In this document: one piece after another, positions 18,569 to 27,442 of the stretch
Numbering within the stretch: position 1 is the first letter of the stretch
Layout of the letters: each line of letters opens with the position of its first letter
Assembly: GCA_045641585.1 (NCBI GenBank)
Contig: JAZUHF010000041.1
Span: 2,217-66,216, forward strand
Direction of reading: 5' to 3'
Length of the DNA stretch: 64,000 nt
From: Acutalibacteraceae bacterium
GTDB lineage: Bacteria > Bacillota > Clostridia > Oscillospirales > Acutalibacteraceae
The notes under the pieces: model-generated
The model's database searches: none
Told to the model about the DNA's origin: nothing
The model's input: only the letters and a program-made list of their open reading frames with translations
Translations under genes and position numbers: made by a program

Positions 18569-18922
18569 ATGCAAAAATCAATAAAATGCAAAAGGACGCT
18601 TGATATGTTAAAACTTTGGACGGCGTTAAAGGACGAAAGAGATGCAGGAAGCGACGATGTCAGAGATTTGATAACCTATAAAGACGACTTATACACGGGA
18701 TATTTTATTATGGTTAATAAACATTATAAGGTCTTATATGAATTTATAGATGATGCTTATAAAACCTTTAATAAGGAATATATTGTTTTCGCACAAAAAG
18801 ACGAATTTTTGAAATTCCATAAAGTTATCCCCGAAGATATAGGTATTATCTGCACGGGTAATCTTTACGGTCTTGGCGGAGTTACTAAAATTATGCGAGA
18901 AGCAAAGTTGAAAAAGCAATAA
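18569..18922 (+). CDS. Hypothetical protein
   Basis: 117-aa ORF with RBS AAGGTGAAAGGA; same strand and close spacing as its neighbours. Confidence 0.45.
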   Translation: MQKSIKCKRTLDMLKLWTALKDERDAGSDDVRDLITYKDDLYTGYFIMVNKHYKVLYEFIDDAYKTFNKEYIVFAQKDEFLKFHKVIPEDIGIICTGNLYGLGGVTKIMREAKLKKQ

Positions 18923-18952
18923 AAATATGGTATTAAATATGTAGGTGATTTT

Positions 18953-19660
18953 ATGATTTATGTAACCTCCGATTTGCACGGACTTCCGCTTTCAAAACTT
19001 AAAGAACTGCTCGGCAAAGTCAACTTTTCGGATAATGATTGGCTTTATATTTTGGGTGATGTTATTGACCGCCAAAATGACGGCGGAGTTGAAATTCTCT
19101 GTTGGTTGCTTACACAGCCGAATGTAGAGCTTATTTTAGGCAATCACGAAGCAATGCTTTTGTCTTGTGATTTTGTTTTCAGTAAAATCACCGAGGAAAG
19201 TGTCAAGAATTTCGACAAAGAACAAATAGAATTGCTTAATAATTATATGTTAAACGGCGGTGATGTTACCTTAAAGGCACTGAAAGAGTTGAAAAATTCT
19301 TCGCCGGAAACGGTAGAATATATCGTCGAATATTTGCGTGAAGCACCGCTTTATGAAACAGTTACGGCAGGGGGAAAGGACTTTTTGCTTTGCCATTCGG
19401 GACTTGATAATTTTTCACCCGAAAAAGCACCGCAAGATTATACCGCCGAGGAGCTTTTATGGGCGTGGCCCGAAATTACCGATAAATACTATGACGATAT
19501 TATCACCGTTTTTGGTCACACACCCACAATGAGTTACGATAAAAATATGAAAGGTAAAATTCTTAAAACAGAAACTTGGATAGATGTAGATGTCGGCGTG
19601 CCGTATGGCAATCCGCCTGCGATATTAAGATTAGATGATTTACAAGAATTTTATTTGTAA
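18953..19660 (+). CDS. Metallophosphoesterase (PPP-family Ser/Thr phosphatase / ApaH-like)
   Basis: MIYVTSDLHG...ILGDVIDRQNDG...LGNHE...GHT motifs in canonical order. Confidence 0.75.
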   Translation: MIYVTSDLHGLPLSKLKELLGKVNFSDNDWLYILGDVIDRQNDGGVEILCWLLTQPNVELILGNHEAMLLSCDFVFSKITEESVKNFDKEQIELLNNYMLNGGDVTLKALKELKNSSPETVEYIVEYLREAPLYETVTAGGKDFLLCHSGLDNFSPEKAPQDYTAEELLWAWPEITDKYYDDIITVFGHTPTMSYDKNMKGKILKTETWIDVDVGVPYGNPPAILRLDDLQEFYL

Positions 19661-20171
19661 AGTAAGGAACAAGAATGAGTTTTATTGTCGAAGTTCACTT
19701 TAATTTAGTAATCTTTTAATAATATCGTAATTGTTTTCTTGAAATTGAAAACACAAGTAAGTTAAAAAGTAATTGTTGTTTTTATAAAAATGAAGGAGAG
19801 GTTACAATTACTTACACAAAAACGTTTGAAAAACCGAGTTTTTTTGCGATGAAAAAAATTAAATAAGATAGCATAGACAAATCGTATTAATCAAAACGAA
19901 TTTATGAAAACAAAATGAATAAAGTGGCGGCTCGTTATTTTTCAAGAAACTTAAGTCACCACTTGGTTTTTTACATAAAGTATGGTATAATAATTAGGTT
20001 AATAATTCCCATTTTTTCTATGTGTTTTTTAAGTATAAAAAAGGCGTAATTATGACCTTGTCTGGAACATTGCCAATTTTTGACAAAAAATACCAATGAA
20101 AAATGATGAAAAACCTTAAAATATGGTCTATAGTAATCGTAATAAAATCGTCAAAAAGGGGGGATTTTTGC

Positions 20172-20495
20172 GTGGGATCTTTCAAAATTCATTCTGATTT
20201 TAAGCCGACCGGCGACCAACCGCAGGCCATAGAGAAGTTAGTAGACGGTATCAATAACGGACTTAAAGAGCAGGTTTTGTTGGGTGTTACCGGCTCGGGA
20301 AAAACCTTTACTATGGCAAATATAATTGAAAAAGTCAACCGTCCGACACTTGTCCTTGCTCATAACAAAACTCTCGCCGCACAGCTTTGTTCTGAATTCA
20401 AAGAATTTTTCCCAAATAATGCGGTTGAATATTTTGTTTCCTACTTCCTATCCTATTGGCAAAACGCCCATTTTAAGCCGTTTTTTCGGGACTGA
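20172..20495 (+). pseudogene. uvrB: Displaced 5' fragment of uvrB (about the first 91 codons)
   Basis: GTG 20172 after AAAAGGGGGG. ...[82 protein letters not shown]. Homology stops at 20444 and the frame ends at 20495. Confidence 0.85.
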
Positions 20496-20860
20496 ATAAT
20501 GCTTTTTGGACTCAAAAAACTTAAAAAAACCTATGGTCTAGTGACCTGGAGTGGAACATTGTTCCATACAGTTTTTTGTGTCCAATAAGTTGCAAATTTT
20601 TGCTTATTTTTTCACATATTTTTATCGTTTTTTTCGAGAGATTCATCCCCATTTTTTGAAAATTTCTATTCATCCGAAATGCAAAATATGCAATTTTTAT
20701 TCGCCGTTATATTTTATGTTCTTGAAGAGATATTAAGTAATCTTGTTTTTGTTTTTCAAGAAAGAAATATTTTATCATTCGTTTTTTATTTTATTAGTGA
20801 TAATAGTGTCGAGAAAACATAAACAACTGTAATTATCGTATTATATTGGAGAAATTTTTA

Positions 20861-21919
20861 ATGGCTGAACAAGTTTCAAAGTATCATCATAAAGTACCTC
20901 AAACATACTTAAAATCGTGGTGCTTTTCGGGTGACGCTATTCATACTTACAATAAAAACTTATCAAAAATAGAGGACAGAAATATTTCAAATATATTGGG
21001 CGAAAATTATTTTTATTCAATATATGCCGGAAGTCTTTTTGCCACCGATGAATCCCTTAAAAAAATATTTGGCTTTTTGAAAGACTTTTCCATCACAATG
21101 GATGGAAAAGAACTTACATCACTACGAGAGTTGAATGAAAAATTTGAAGAATACGATAATTGGGAAATTTACTATCCAAACGGCAAAATTGTTCCGAAAA
21201 AGGGAAGGAATAAGATAAAGCAACAAATACTGTCAACAACGGATGATACATTGGAAAAGAGATGGAGTCAAGAGTTTGAAAACGATTGGGGAAGAATTGT
21301 TACAAATCTGTATTCCCGATTAGTGCGTATTCTTTCCAAAGATCCGGATGAGTGCTTAACCTATAATGAATTTCTCTCGTTAATTCGTTACTACATTATG
21401 TATGATTGGCGTGGAGAAGAAGGAAATTCCACACTGAACGATTTCTTGAAATGGCTTGGGAAATTTGTCCCAATATTTGATTACAAACTAACTGATTATA
21501 CAACAATAAAAAATTATGGATTTAATGATACCATTATCGAAGAAATAAAGCATGCTTCCTCACTAAGATTCTATGAGCAATTCCTTGATAATAAAGGAGG
21601 TATGAAGAAAATTTATGATGCATATGTAAAAGAATTAACTGTTATATTTTTGTTGGATAGGAATTCTTCTTTATTTACTTCGGACAATCCTGCATTCGAG
21701 CTAATTGATGAAGACGGTTTGAAAAAACCAATACTCGCTATTACTCCAAAAGTTCTTATGATGTTAGCACGCAAAAACCCAGAGGAACCGTTGTCATATA
21801 TAATCAATCGACTGTCTCCCGAAGAAGTTGAGTATTATAATAAACAAATTTTTAACCACGGAAACATAATTGTTTCCAAGCAACCATTTACTGATAGCAA
21901 TATTGAGAAATATAAATGA
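20861..21919 (+). CDS. DUF4238-like protein
   Basis: N-terminal ...KYHHKVPQTYLKSW... resembles the H-[HY]-V-P-Q-x-Y-L signature of DUF4238; 352 aa from ATG 20861. Confidence 0.5.
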   Translation: MAEQVSKYHHKVPQTYLKSWCFSGDAIHTYNKNLSKIEDRNISNILGENYFYSIYAGSLFATDESLKKIFGFLKDFSITMDGKELTSLRELNEKFEEYDNWEIYYPNGKIVPKKGRNKIKQQILSTTDDTLEKRWSQEFENDWGRIVTNLYSRLVRILSKDPDECLTYNEFLSLIRYYIMYDWRGEEGNSTLNDFLKWLGKFVPIFDYKLTDYTTIKNYGFNDTIIEEIKHASSLRFYEQFLDNKGGMKKIYDAYVKELTVIFLLDRNSSLFTSDNPAFELIDEDGLKKPILAITPKVLMMLARKNPEEPLSYIINRLSPEEVEYYNKQIFNHGNIIVSKQPFTDSNIEKYK

Positions 21920-22070
21920 GTTTAGCCTCGATGAATTAGAAAAAACAATGCTACTTCACCGAGGTTATCTTTATATTCAGATTTTTGTGCATTTGTATTT
22001 TCAACGGCTTTCTTTTACAAGTCTTTTTTATATATGATAATCATAATGCCTACATAAATAAAATAAGATT

Positions 22071-22118
22071 TAACCCCTGTTCTTTGCTTAACACAAAGAA
22101 CGGGGTTAAATCATTTTA
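22071..22118 (+). terminator. Strong Rho-independent terminator after the DUF4238 gene
   Basis: TAACCCCTGTTCTTTG / AAAGAACGGGGTTAA stem followed by ATCATTTTA. Confidence 0.7.
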
Positions 22119-22122
22119 TGGT

Positions 22123-22148
22123 AACTTACAATAACTATTTATTATTGT
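22123..22148 (+). repeat. Left copy of a perfect 26-bp inverted repeat (AACTTACAATAACTATTTATTATTGT)
   Basis: Exact reverse complement occurs at 25741-25766 (checked base by base); lies 52 nt upstream of the ATP-grasp start codon. Confidence 0.9.
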
Positions 22149-22199
22149 AAGGTTATTAACAAAAGTCTCTTATCATTCATTGCATAACGGAGGAGCAGC

Positions 22200-23237
22200 A
22201 TGAAGTTTACTAAATTTTGGGATCAAGTACATGTGCCAGTTTCACAGTCAGAGTTAAATTTAGTACTTATTGCACATGTACGTGAACCACGCGGGAATAT
22301 AAATATTGCACAACTTCAGTGTAGCGAAACAGAGCGATTTTCTATAGATGAATTTAATGAAATATATCAAGGTATTGTTAGTGCGGGATACTTTGTACAA
22401 GCTGTCTATTTTAATGAAATTGATTTTATAACAGACTGTATCGAACATCAAGAACGTTATAAAAATAGCTTAATATATACTCTAGCAAGAAATGGATTAG
22501 GTGATAATAAAAAGACAATTATTCCCTCGTTCTGTGAATTAATTGGTTTGAGGTATACGACCTCATCTTCATTATCATGTGCATTAGCTCGTAACAAATA
22601 TTATTTTTCTTCATTATTTAATGCCCACAATGTACCAGTGCCTAAGAGTTGGTTATACACTGAAAACAAGATTTGGTTGAACGGAACACCTGAAACTGGT
22701 ACAAAGGTTATTTGTAAACCATCTTCCGAGTCCGCCAGTCAAGGAATAAATGAATCAAAAATTTTTGAATTTTCAACTGAACAAAGTGCTAATTTGTTAA
22801 ATGTAAGCCATATTGTTCAAGAGTATGTGGATGGTTTTGAGTGTGAGGTTCCTATATTAAAAGTGCAAGATACTATATATGTTTTACCACCAATTGGTAT
22901 TGACCTTAAAGGTAAGAAAATTTTGGATGAAGAGGCTTCTGACCATAATCAATATGGTTTTTACCAATTGGACAAACATTTTTCGTCAAAAACTATTGAT
23001 GCTATTCAAAACGCAGCAGAAAGGGCTTTCCGCTTACTACAGATGGATGTATATGGACGAATAGATTTCCGTATTTCAAAAAATGGACATCCATTTATTT
23101 TTGATGTATCTACGACACCATATACCACAAAACACAGTTCATTTGCTTATGCATTTGAACTGTTAGGATTTGAATACTGTGATATTTATCGTGCAATCAT
23201 TTCAGCAGCTTTAATGCGTGAACAAAACTACATTTAG
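22200..23237 (+). CDS. ATP-grasp enzyme, D-Ala-D-Ala-ligase-like
   Basis: 345 aa. Ddl-like order of motifs: ...LRYTTSSSLSCALARNKYYFSSLFNAHNVPVP..., VICKPSSESASQGI, VQEYVDGFECEVPIL, GRIDFRISKNGHPFIFDVSTTPY. Confidence 0.7.
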   Translation: MKFTKFWDQVHVPVSQSELNLVLIAHVREPRGNINIAQLQCSETERFSIDEFNEIYQGIVSAGYFVQAVYFNEIDFITDCIEHQERYKNSLIYTLARNGLGDNKKTIIPSFCELIGLRYTTSSSLSCALARNKYYFSSLFNAHNVPVPKSWLYTENKIWLNGTPETGTKVICKPSSESASQGINESKIFEFSTEQSANLLNVSHIVQEYVDGFECEVPILKVQDTIYVLPPIGIDLKGKKILDEEASDHNQYGFYQLDKHFSSKTIDAIQNAAERAFRLLQMDVYGRIDFRISKNGHPFIFDVSTTPYTTKHSSFAYAFELLGFEYCDIYRAIISAALMREQNYI

Positions 23238-25684
23238 AAAGATAAAAATTGCAAATCAGATAATAAAAAACCACGACCCCAGAAATAACATGAGTTGTCT
23301 TGAAGATGACTACATTTCGTACTAATAATACTATGATACATAAACGGATTACCAATAAATTCTGTAGCATTAGTTAATAGTTCTTCTTGAATAAATTGCC
23401 TTTTTTGAAGAATTACTCGATAGTGACGAAGAAGCGGAGGATCAAGTGATTTTAATTTCAATAGATTTTTTTTTGCACTCGTTACATCTCCTTTTAGCAA
23501 AGCATTCGCATAATTCAAATCATATAAATAGTATTGATAAAACTCATCAAGATTCGGAAGCAATCTATTTGCATTTAATAGCTCTGACTCCGTGGTATTT
23601 GTCTGACATAACATAGATAGGCCTATATAATTGAAAAGGATAACATGGGATACTTCATCGTACTGATACCGAATTATTTTAGAAAATCCACTAACAGCTT
23701 TCTGTGCTGCAAATAAGATTTTTTCTCTATCTCCGCAAGCGTTCTTTTCATCAATTAGATAATTTAGCAGTATTTCATTGTTTTCCACTTTGTATTGACT
23801 GGGATAATACCAACCATCGCTATTGTTAACCATTGAAATACACTCATTTATTGCATTCTTAGCAGTTTGGTATTCACCTAACACGATTGCATTGCCAGAA
23901 TGATTGCATAGAGCCATATATGTACCATTACGATTGAAATGCTTTTTATAAAACTGAATACTCTGTTCAGTTTGGCGACAAGCAATCATAGCTGTATAGT
24001 ATAAAGTAGCCTTCCGATTATAACATGCCTCAAATTCGTCAAATTCAGGAATTCCTATATGGTCTTGTATTATTCGAATAATCTTGTTTTTTAGGAGATT
24101 AACTTTTTTCTGATCATTTGAGCGATCGATATAAGCATCTAACAAAACTAATGCGGCTCGACAATATTGTTCATCTTCAAAACGACCAATATCTTCAATA
24201 GTGTTATAGAGTTCATTGGCAGATTGAACAATCTGTCCTAGATCCTCTGCTAACTGAATATGACATAAAAGAATAAGTCTTTGGCACTCGGCTAAGCATG
24301 CTGGAACGAGGCGACTAGGTGTTATAGCCTGGAAATGTATTAATGCATTTTTATAATTATATTTCACAAACTCTTGATAACCTTGGGTAAACTCAACCAA
24401 CACATGATGCTGTGTATCGATAGCGTTAGCAGGAAGACGATTGATGAGTTCTTCAATTTTTTCTAATATATTATAGACATCATCGGTATTTCCTGTTTCA
24501 ATTGAACGTCTAAAATATGCTAAAAGTAAGAGCTGCCATGCTTCCACAATTGTTTTCGTATCAGACAATTGTAAGCTTAAAGCTAAATGCTTCCCCCGGG
24601 AATAATAATCTTCAGGATGATTGTTTTGCAGAAATTCAGAAAATTTATGGTGATAATATCTTTCTTTTTTAGCCAGTTTAAATTTAAAATACTCTTTAAC
24701 TTTATCGTTAGCAAAAAGAAATCTGTTTTCACCTCTAATAAACATCTGTTCTTGTGCAAGTTGCAAATATTCTTCGGCAAGATATTCAGCTTCATATTTA
24801 TCATTGGGTGTAGGATCTAGGAAATAAGCCGCCTCATCTCTCGAAAAGTAACTTTCAATTATTGAGAGTGAACCTAGAATTTTACATATTCCTTGCTTTT
24901 CAATAGGCAAACTGTCGCATCTACGATCCATAATATCAATAAAATCATTTGCACATTTCCCGCCCTCTTTATAATAATTGGCTGTCATAAGAGCTAATGA
25001 TATATCATTACCAGCACAAATGCGTATATCTTTAATGCATATTTGTTCTGCGTGTCCATTTTCACGTAGTATATGCAATAAACTTTCATCTGGAATATTG
25101 GGAACCTTTATATTATACCAATGAACTGGAACTTGTATGGATATCTTGCTTTGAGCAATAATTAACACATTTAAATTATATTCAGATAATATCCCCAATT
25201 GTGGATCCATTATCTTTTGAAGCAACTGTTTTGAAGGAGTGTCCCATAATTCAAAGTTATCTGCAATAAAGAGAATCCTGTGTTCTGAACCTATCTGCTT
25301 CTTTATATTGGAAATAATGGCCTCCTCGCTTGAAGTTAAGATATAATTTGTTGAAGTTTTATTAATTGAAGTTCCAAATTCAAGTGAAATTGGAACTGGT
25401 AAAAAACTGATGCCAAATGAAATGTTGCTTTCGAGATTAAGTTTTGTTTTTGAATATAGCCTGGTGCCAATATGCCAAGTTAAATATGGAGATAAACTAG
25501 GATCAATCCCTTCAAGGCAAAAGATGGTCCACCCTTCGAGTAGTTGATTGGCCAAGCCTAGTGCAATAGTAGTTTTGCCGCTTCCAGCATCTCCATACAA
25601 TGTGATACCTTTATTTTTTTCATCACTCAATAATCTATTGTAAAGTTTGTCCACTAATTCCTGTTCAAAAACAGCTAAAGACAT
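23234..25684 (-). CDS. STAND-like P-loop NTPase with C-terminal helical (TPR-like) repeats and no recognisable effector domain
   Basis: 816 aa. Walker A GDAGSGKT at residues 31-38. Walker B ILFIADNFELWD. About 550 aa of alpha-helical repeats. Its stop codon overlaps the ATP-grasp stop (23234-23237). Confidence 0.65.
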   Translation of the reverse strand: MSLAVFEQELVDKLYNRLLSDEKNKGITLYGDAGSGKTTIALGLANQLLEGWTIFCLEGIDPSLSPYLTWHIGTRLYSKTKLNLESNISFGISFLPVPISLEFGTSINKTSTNYILTSSEEAIISNIKKQIGSEHRILFIADNFELWDTPSKQLLQKIMDPQLGILSEYNLNVLIIAQSKISIQVPVHWYNIKVPNIPDESLLHILRENGHAEQICIKDIRICAGNDISLALMTANYYKEGGKCANDFIDIMDRRCDSLPIEKQGICKILGSLSIIESYFSRDEAAYFLDPTPNDKYEAEYLAEEYLQLAQEQMFIRGENRFLFANDKVKEYFKFKLAKKERYYHHKFSEFLQNNHPEDYYSRGKHLALSLQLSDTKTIVEAWQLLLLAYFRRSIETGNTDDVYNILEKIEELINRLPANAIDTQHHVLVEFTQGYQEFVKYNYKNALIHFQAITPSRLVPACLAECQRLILLCHIQLAEDLGQIVQSANELYNTIEDIGRFEDEQYCRAALVLLDAYIDRSNDQKKVNLLKNKIIRIIQDHIGIPEFDEFEACYNRKATLYYTAMIACRQTEQSIQFYKKHFNRNGTYMALCNHSGNAIVLGEYQTAKNAINECISMVNNSDGWYYPSQYKVENNEILLNYLIDEKNACGDREKILFAAQKAVSGFSKIIRYQYDEVSHVILFNYIGLSMLCQTNTTESELLNANRLLPNLDEFYQYYLYDLNYANALLKGDVTSAKKNLLKLKSLDPPLLRHYRVILQKRQFIQEELLTNATEFIGNPFMYHSIISTKCSHLQDNSCYFWGRGFLLSDLQFLSF

Positions 25685-25740
25685 ATGTTCACCTCAGATC
25701 AACCTTGTGTAATAATGAAGAATCCTTTATAGATAATCTC

Positions 25741-25766
25741 ACAATAATAAATAGTTATTGTAAGTT
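25741..25766 (-). repeat. Right copy of the perfect 26-bp inverted repeat
   Basis: ACAATAATAAATAGTTATTGTAAGTT is the reverse complement of 22123-22148; lies 57 nt upstream of the NTPase start codon (25684). Confidence 0.9.
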
Positions 25767-25778
25767 CGTTATGTCCAT

Positions 25779-25807
25779 ATTATATCGTATTTTGGTAAAA
25801 TAATCAA
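25779..25807 (-). promoter_or_regulatory. Near-consensus sigma-A-type promoter just outside the right inverted repeat, reading into the NTPase gene
   Basis: Minus strand TTGATT (25807-25802), 17-nt spacer, TATAAT (25784-25779). Confidence 0.55.
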
Positions 25808-25833
25808 TATATTATCGAAATATGAGGTGCAAT

Positions 25834-26745
25834 ATGGAAAATTTAATTTTTATGTCGCAAAAATTCTTAAATGAAACGCAATCTACCAAAAACTTGTCCG
25901 ACAAAACAATAATTGCGTATCGTTCGGATTTGTCTGATTTTATCGGGTTTATAGGTGAAAAACAAATAGACAATTCAACAATAATTGAGTATGTAAAACA
26001 TTTATCAACTGAGCGTCAGTTACAAGGGAGCAGTATAAACCGAAAACTTGTGGTATTAAAAGTGTTTTTCGGGTTTTTATATAGCAACAATTACACAGAA
26101 GAAAACTTTTACAACTCACATATTTTTAAATTCAAAAAAGAACGAAAGTTGCCAAAAATCATAGCCACAAAAGATGCAGAAAGATTGTTAAAGCATTTAA
26201 AAAACGAAGCAGAGAAAGATATGGGAGATTATACTCATTGGTTGTCTTTGCGAAATTTGGCTTTGATAGATATTTTAATCAGTACCGGAATACGGATTGA
26301 AGAAGCATCTAATATAACGCTAAATGATATTTTTGCTACAGAAAGAACAATTTTGATTCACGGAAAAGGGAGAAAGCAACGGCTGATTTATATTTCATGC
26401 CCGGATACTTGGATTAACCTAACAAATTGGCTGAAATCTCGAAAACAGAGAGCCGTTTATACGGACAAAGTTTTTGTCAACCGTTACGGAAATAATATAA
26501 GTATACATGGAATAGAGTACATATTTAATTCAATAAAAAAGAAAAGCGGAATCAATGAAAAATCGACACCGCATTATCTCAGACATACCTTTGCAACAAA
26601 TTTATTGGCGAATGGGGCAGATTTACGCTCGGTACAGGAAATTTTAGGTCATAGTAGTGTCTCAACGACTGAAATCTATACTGAAGTAACAACAAAACGC
26701 AAAAAACAAGTATTGAACAAATACAATTACAGAAACAAATTATAA
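25834..26745 (+). CDS. Tyrosine site-specific recombinase (XerC/D-like)
   Basis: ATG 25834 after GAGGTG. SAM-like N-domain. C-terminal ...HYLRHTFATNLLANGADLRSVQEILGHSSVSTTEIYTEV (R..H-x-x-R...H...Y). Confidence 0.85.
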   Translation: MENLIFMSQKFLNETQSTKNLSDKTIIAYRSDLSDFIGFIGEKQIDNSTIIEYVKHLSTERQLQGSSINRKLVVLKVFFGFLYSNNYTEENFYNSHIFKFKKERKLPKIIATKDAERLLKHLKNEAEKDMGDYTHWLSLRNLALIDILISTGIRIEEASNITLNDIFATERTILIHGKGRKQRLIYISCPDTWINLTNWLKSRKQRAVYTDKVFVNRYGNNISIHGIEYIFNSIKKKSGINEKSTPHYLRHTFATNLLANGADLRSVQEILGHSSVSTTEIYTEVTTKRKKQVLNKYNYRNKL

Positions 26746-26750
26746 TGATA

Positions 26751-26779
26751 TTGACAAGCACAAAAATAATGCGTATAAT
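26751..26779 (+). promoter_or_regulatory. Consensus promoter of the abiE operon
   Basis: TTGACA (26751-26756), 17 nt, TATAAT (26774-26779). Confidence 0.6.
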
Positions 26780-26833
26780 ATTAAAGTAAACATAAGTTGA
26801 TAAATTATCGTTTAATTTGATATTGGAGCAATT

Positions 26834-27442
26834 ATGAAACAAGAAAATAAAAGTTTTACAATCCGCCGTATATTTAAGGAACACAACAATGTCATGACAA
26901 CGGCTGAACTGAGCAACAACAAAATCTTTTACGCCGATATACAAAATCTTTTGAGGGATGGAAAAATCGAAAAGGTACGGCGTGGTTATTACCATTGCAT
27001 TGAAGATTTCGGCGGAAGTGAAGTATCTATTATCAATAGACTTTTTCCCGATGCGGTGTTGTGTATGGAAACGGCTTTGTTTTATTACGGTTACAGCGAC
27101 CGAAATCCTGCCGAGTGGAATATTGCGATTGATAAAAATACTTCACGATATCGTACAAAGATAGATTATCCGTTTATTAAAGATTATCGGCTTGATTCTG
27201 CAATAATCAAGTTGGGTGAGTCGCAAGGCACTATTGACGGAGAGCGTGTGCGGATATATGACAGAGAGCGGACGATATGCGATGTTCTCCATAATATGAG
27301 CAAAATGGATAAGGAAATTTTTAATAAAGCCATTATGAGCTATGTATATGACTCAAAAAAGAATATTCCGAATTTGCTCGAATACGCCAAAGTTTTGCGA
27401 GTAAGTAAAAAAGTCAAGGATTTGATAGGGGTGTGGTTGTAA
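26834..27442 (+). CDS. AbiEi-family type IV antitoxin / transcriptional regulator
   Basis: 202 aa; N-terminal wHTH ...MTTAELSNNKIFYADIQNLLRDGKIEKVRRGYYH... typical of AbiEi; TAATG overlap with the next gene. Confidence 0.7.
   Translation: MKQENKSFTIRRIFKEHNNVMTTAELSNNKIFYADIQNLLRDGKIEKVRRGYYHCIEDFGGSEVSIINRLFPDAVLCMETALFYYGYSDRNPAEWNIAIDKNTSRYRTKIDYPFIKDYRLDSAIIKLGESQGTIDGERVRIYDRERTICDVLHNMSKMDKEIFNKAIMSYVYDSKKNIPNLLEYAKVLRVSKKVKDLIGVWL

Noticed and set aside
20548-20560. GGAACATTGTTCC as a LexA (Cheo) box linked to uvrB SOS control
   Set aside because: The Firmicute consensus is GAAC-N4-GTTC; here the spacing is N3. The site also lies downstream of the dead uvrB fragment, not in a promoter.
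20551-20736. 61-aa ORF downstream of the uvrB fragment
   Set aside because: It is Phe/Tyr/Ile-rich junk typical of AT-rich non-coding DNA, with no RBS.
23234-25684. Calling the 816-aa NTPase an Avs/AVAST-type antiviral STAND
   Set aside because: The P-loop starts at residue ~31, so there is no N-terminal effector domain, and no C-terminal effector was recognised. The family cannot be assigned by eye, so I kept the generic STAND-like label.
26579-26995. 138-aa minus-strand ORF spanning the recombinase 3' end and the abiEi 5' end
   Set aside because: It crosses a consensus promoter and two good genes, and its composition is Ile/Phe/Cys-rich. It is spurious.
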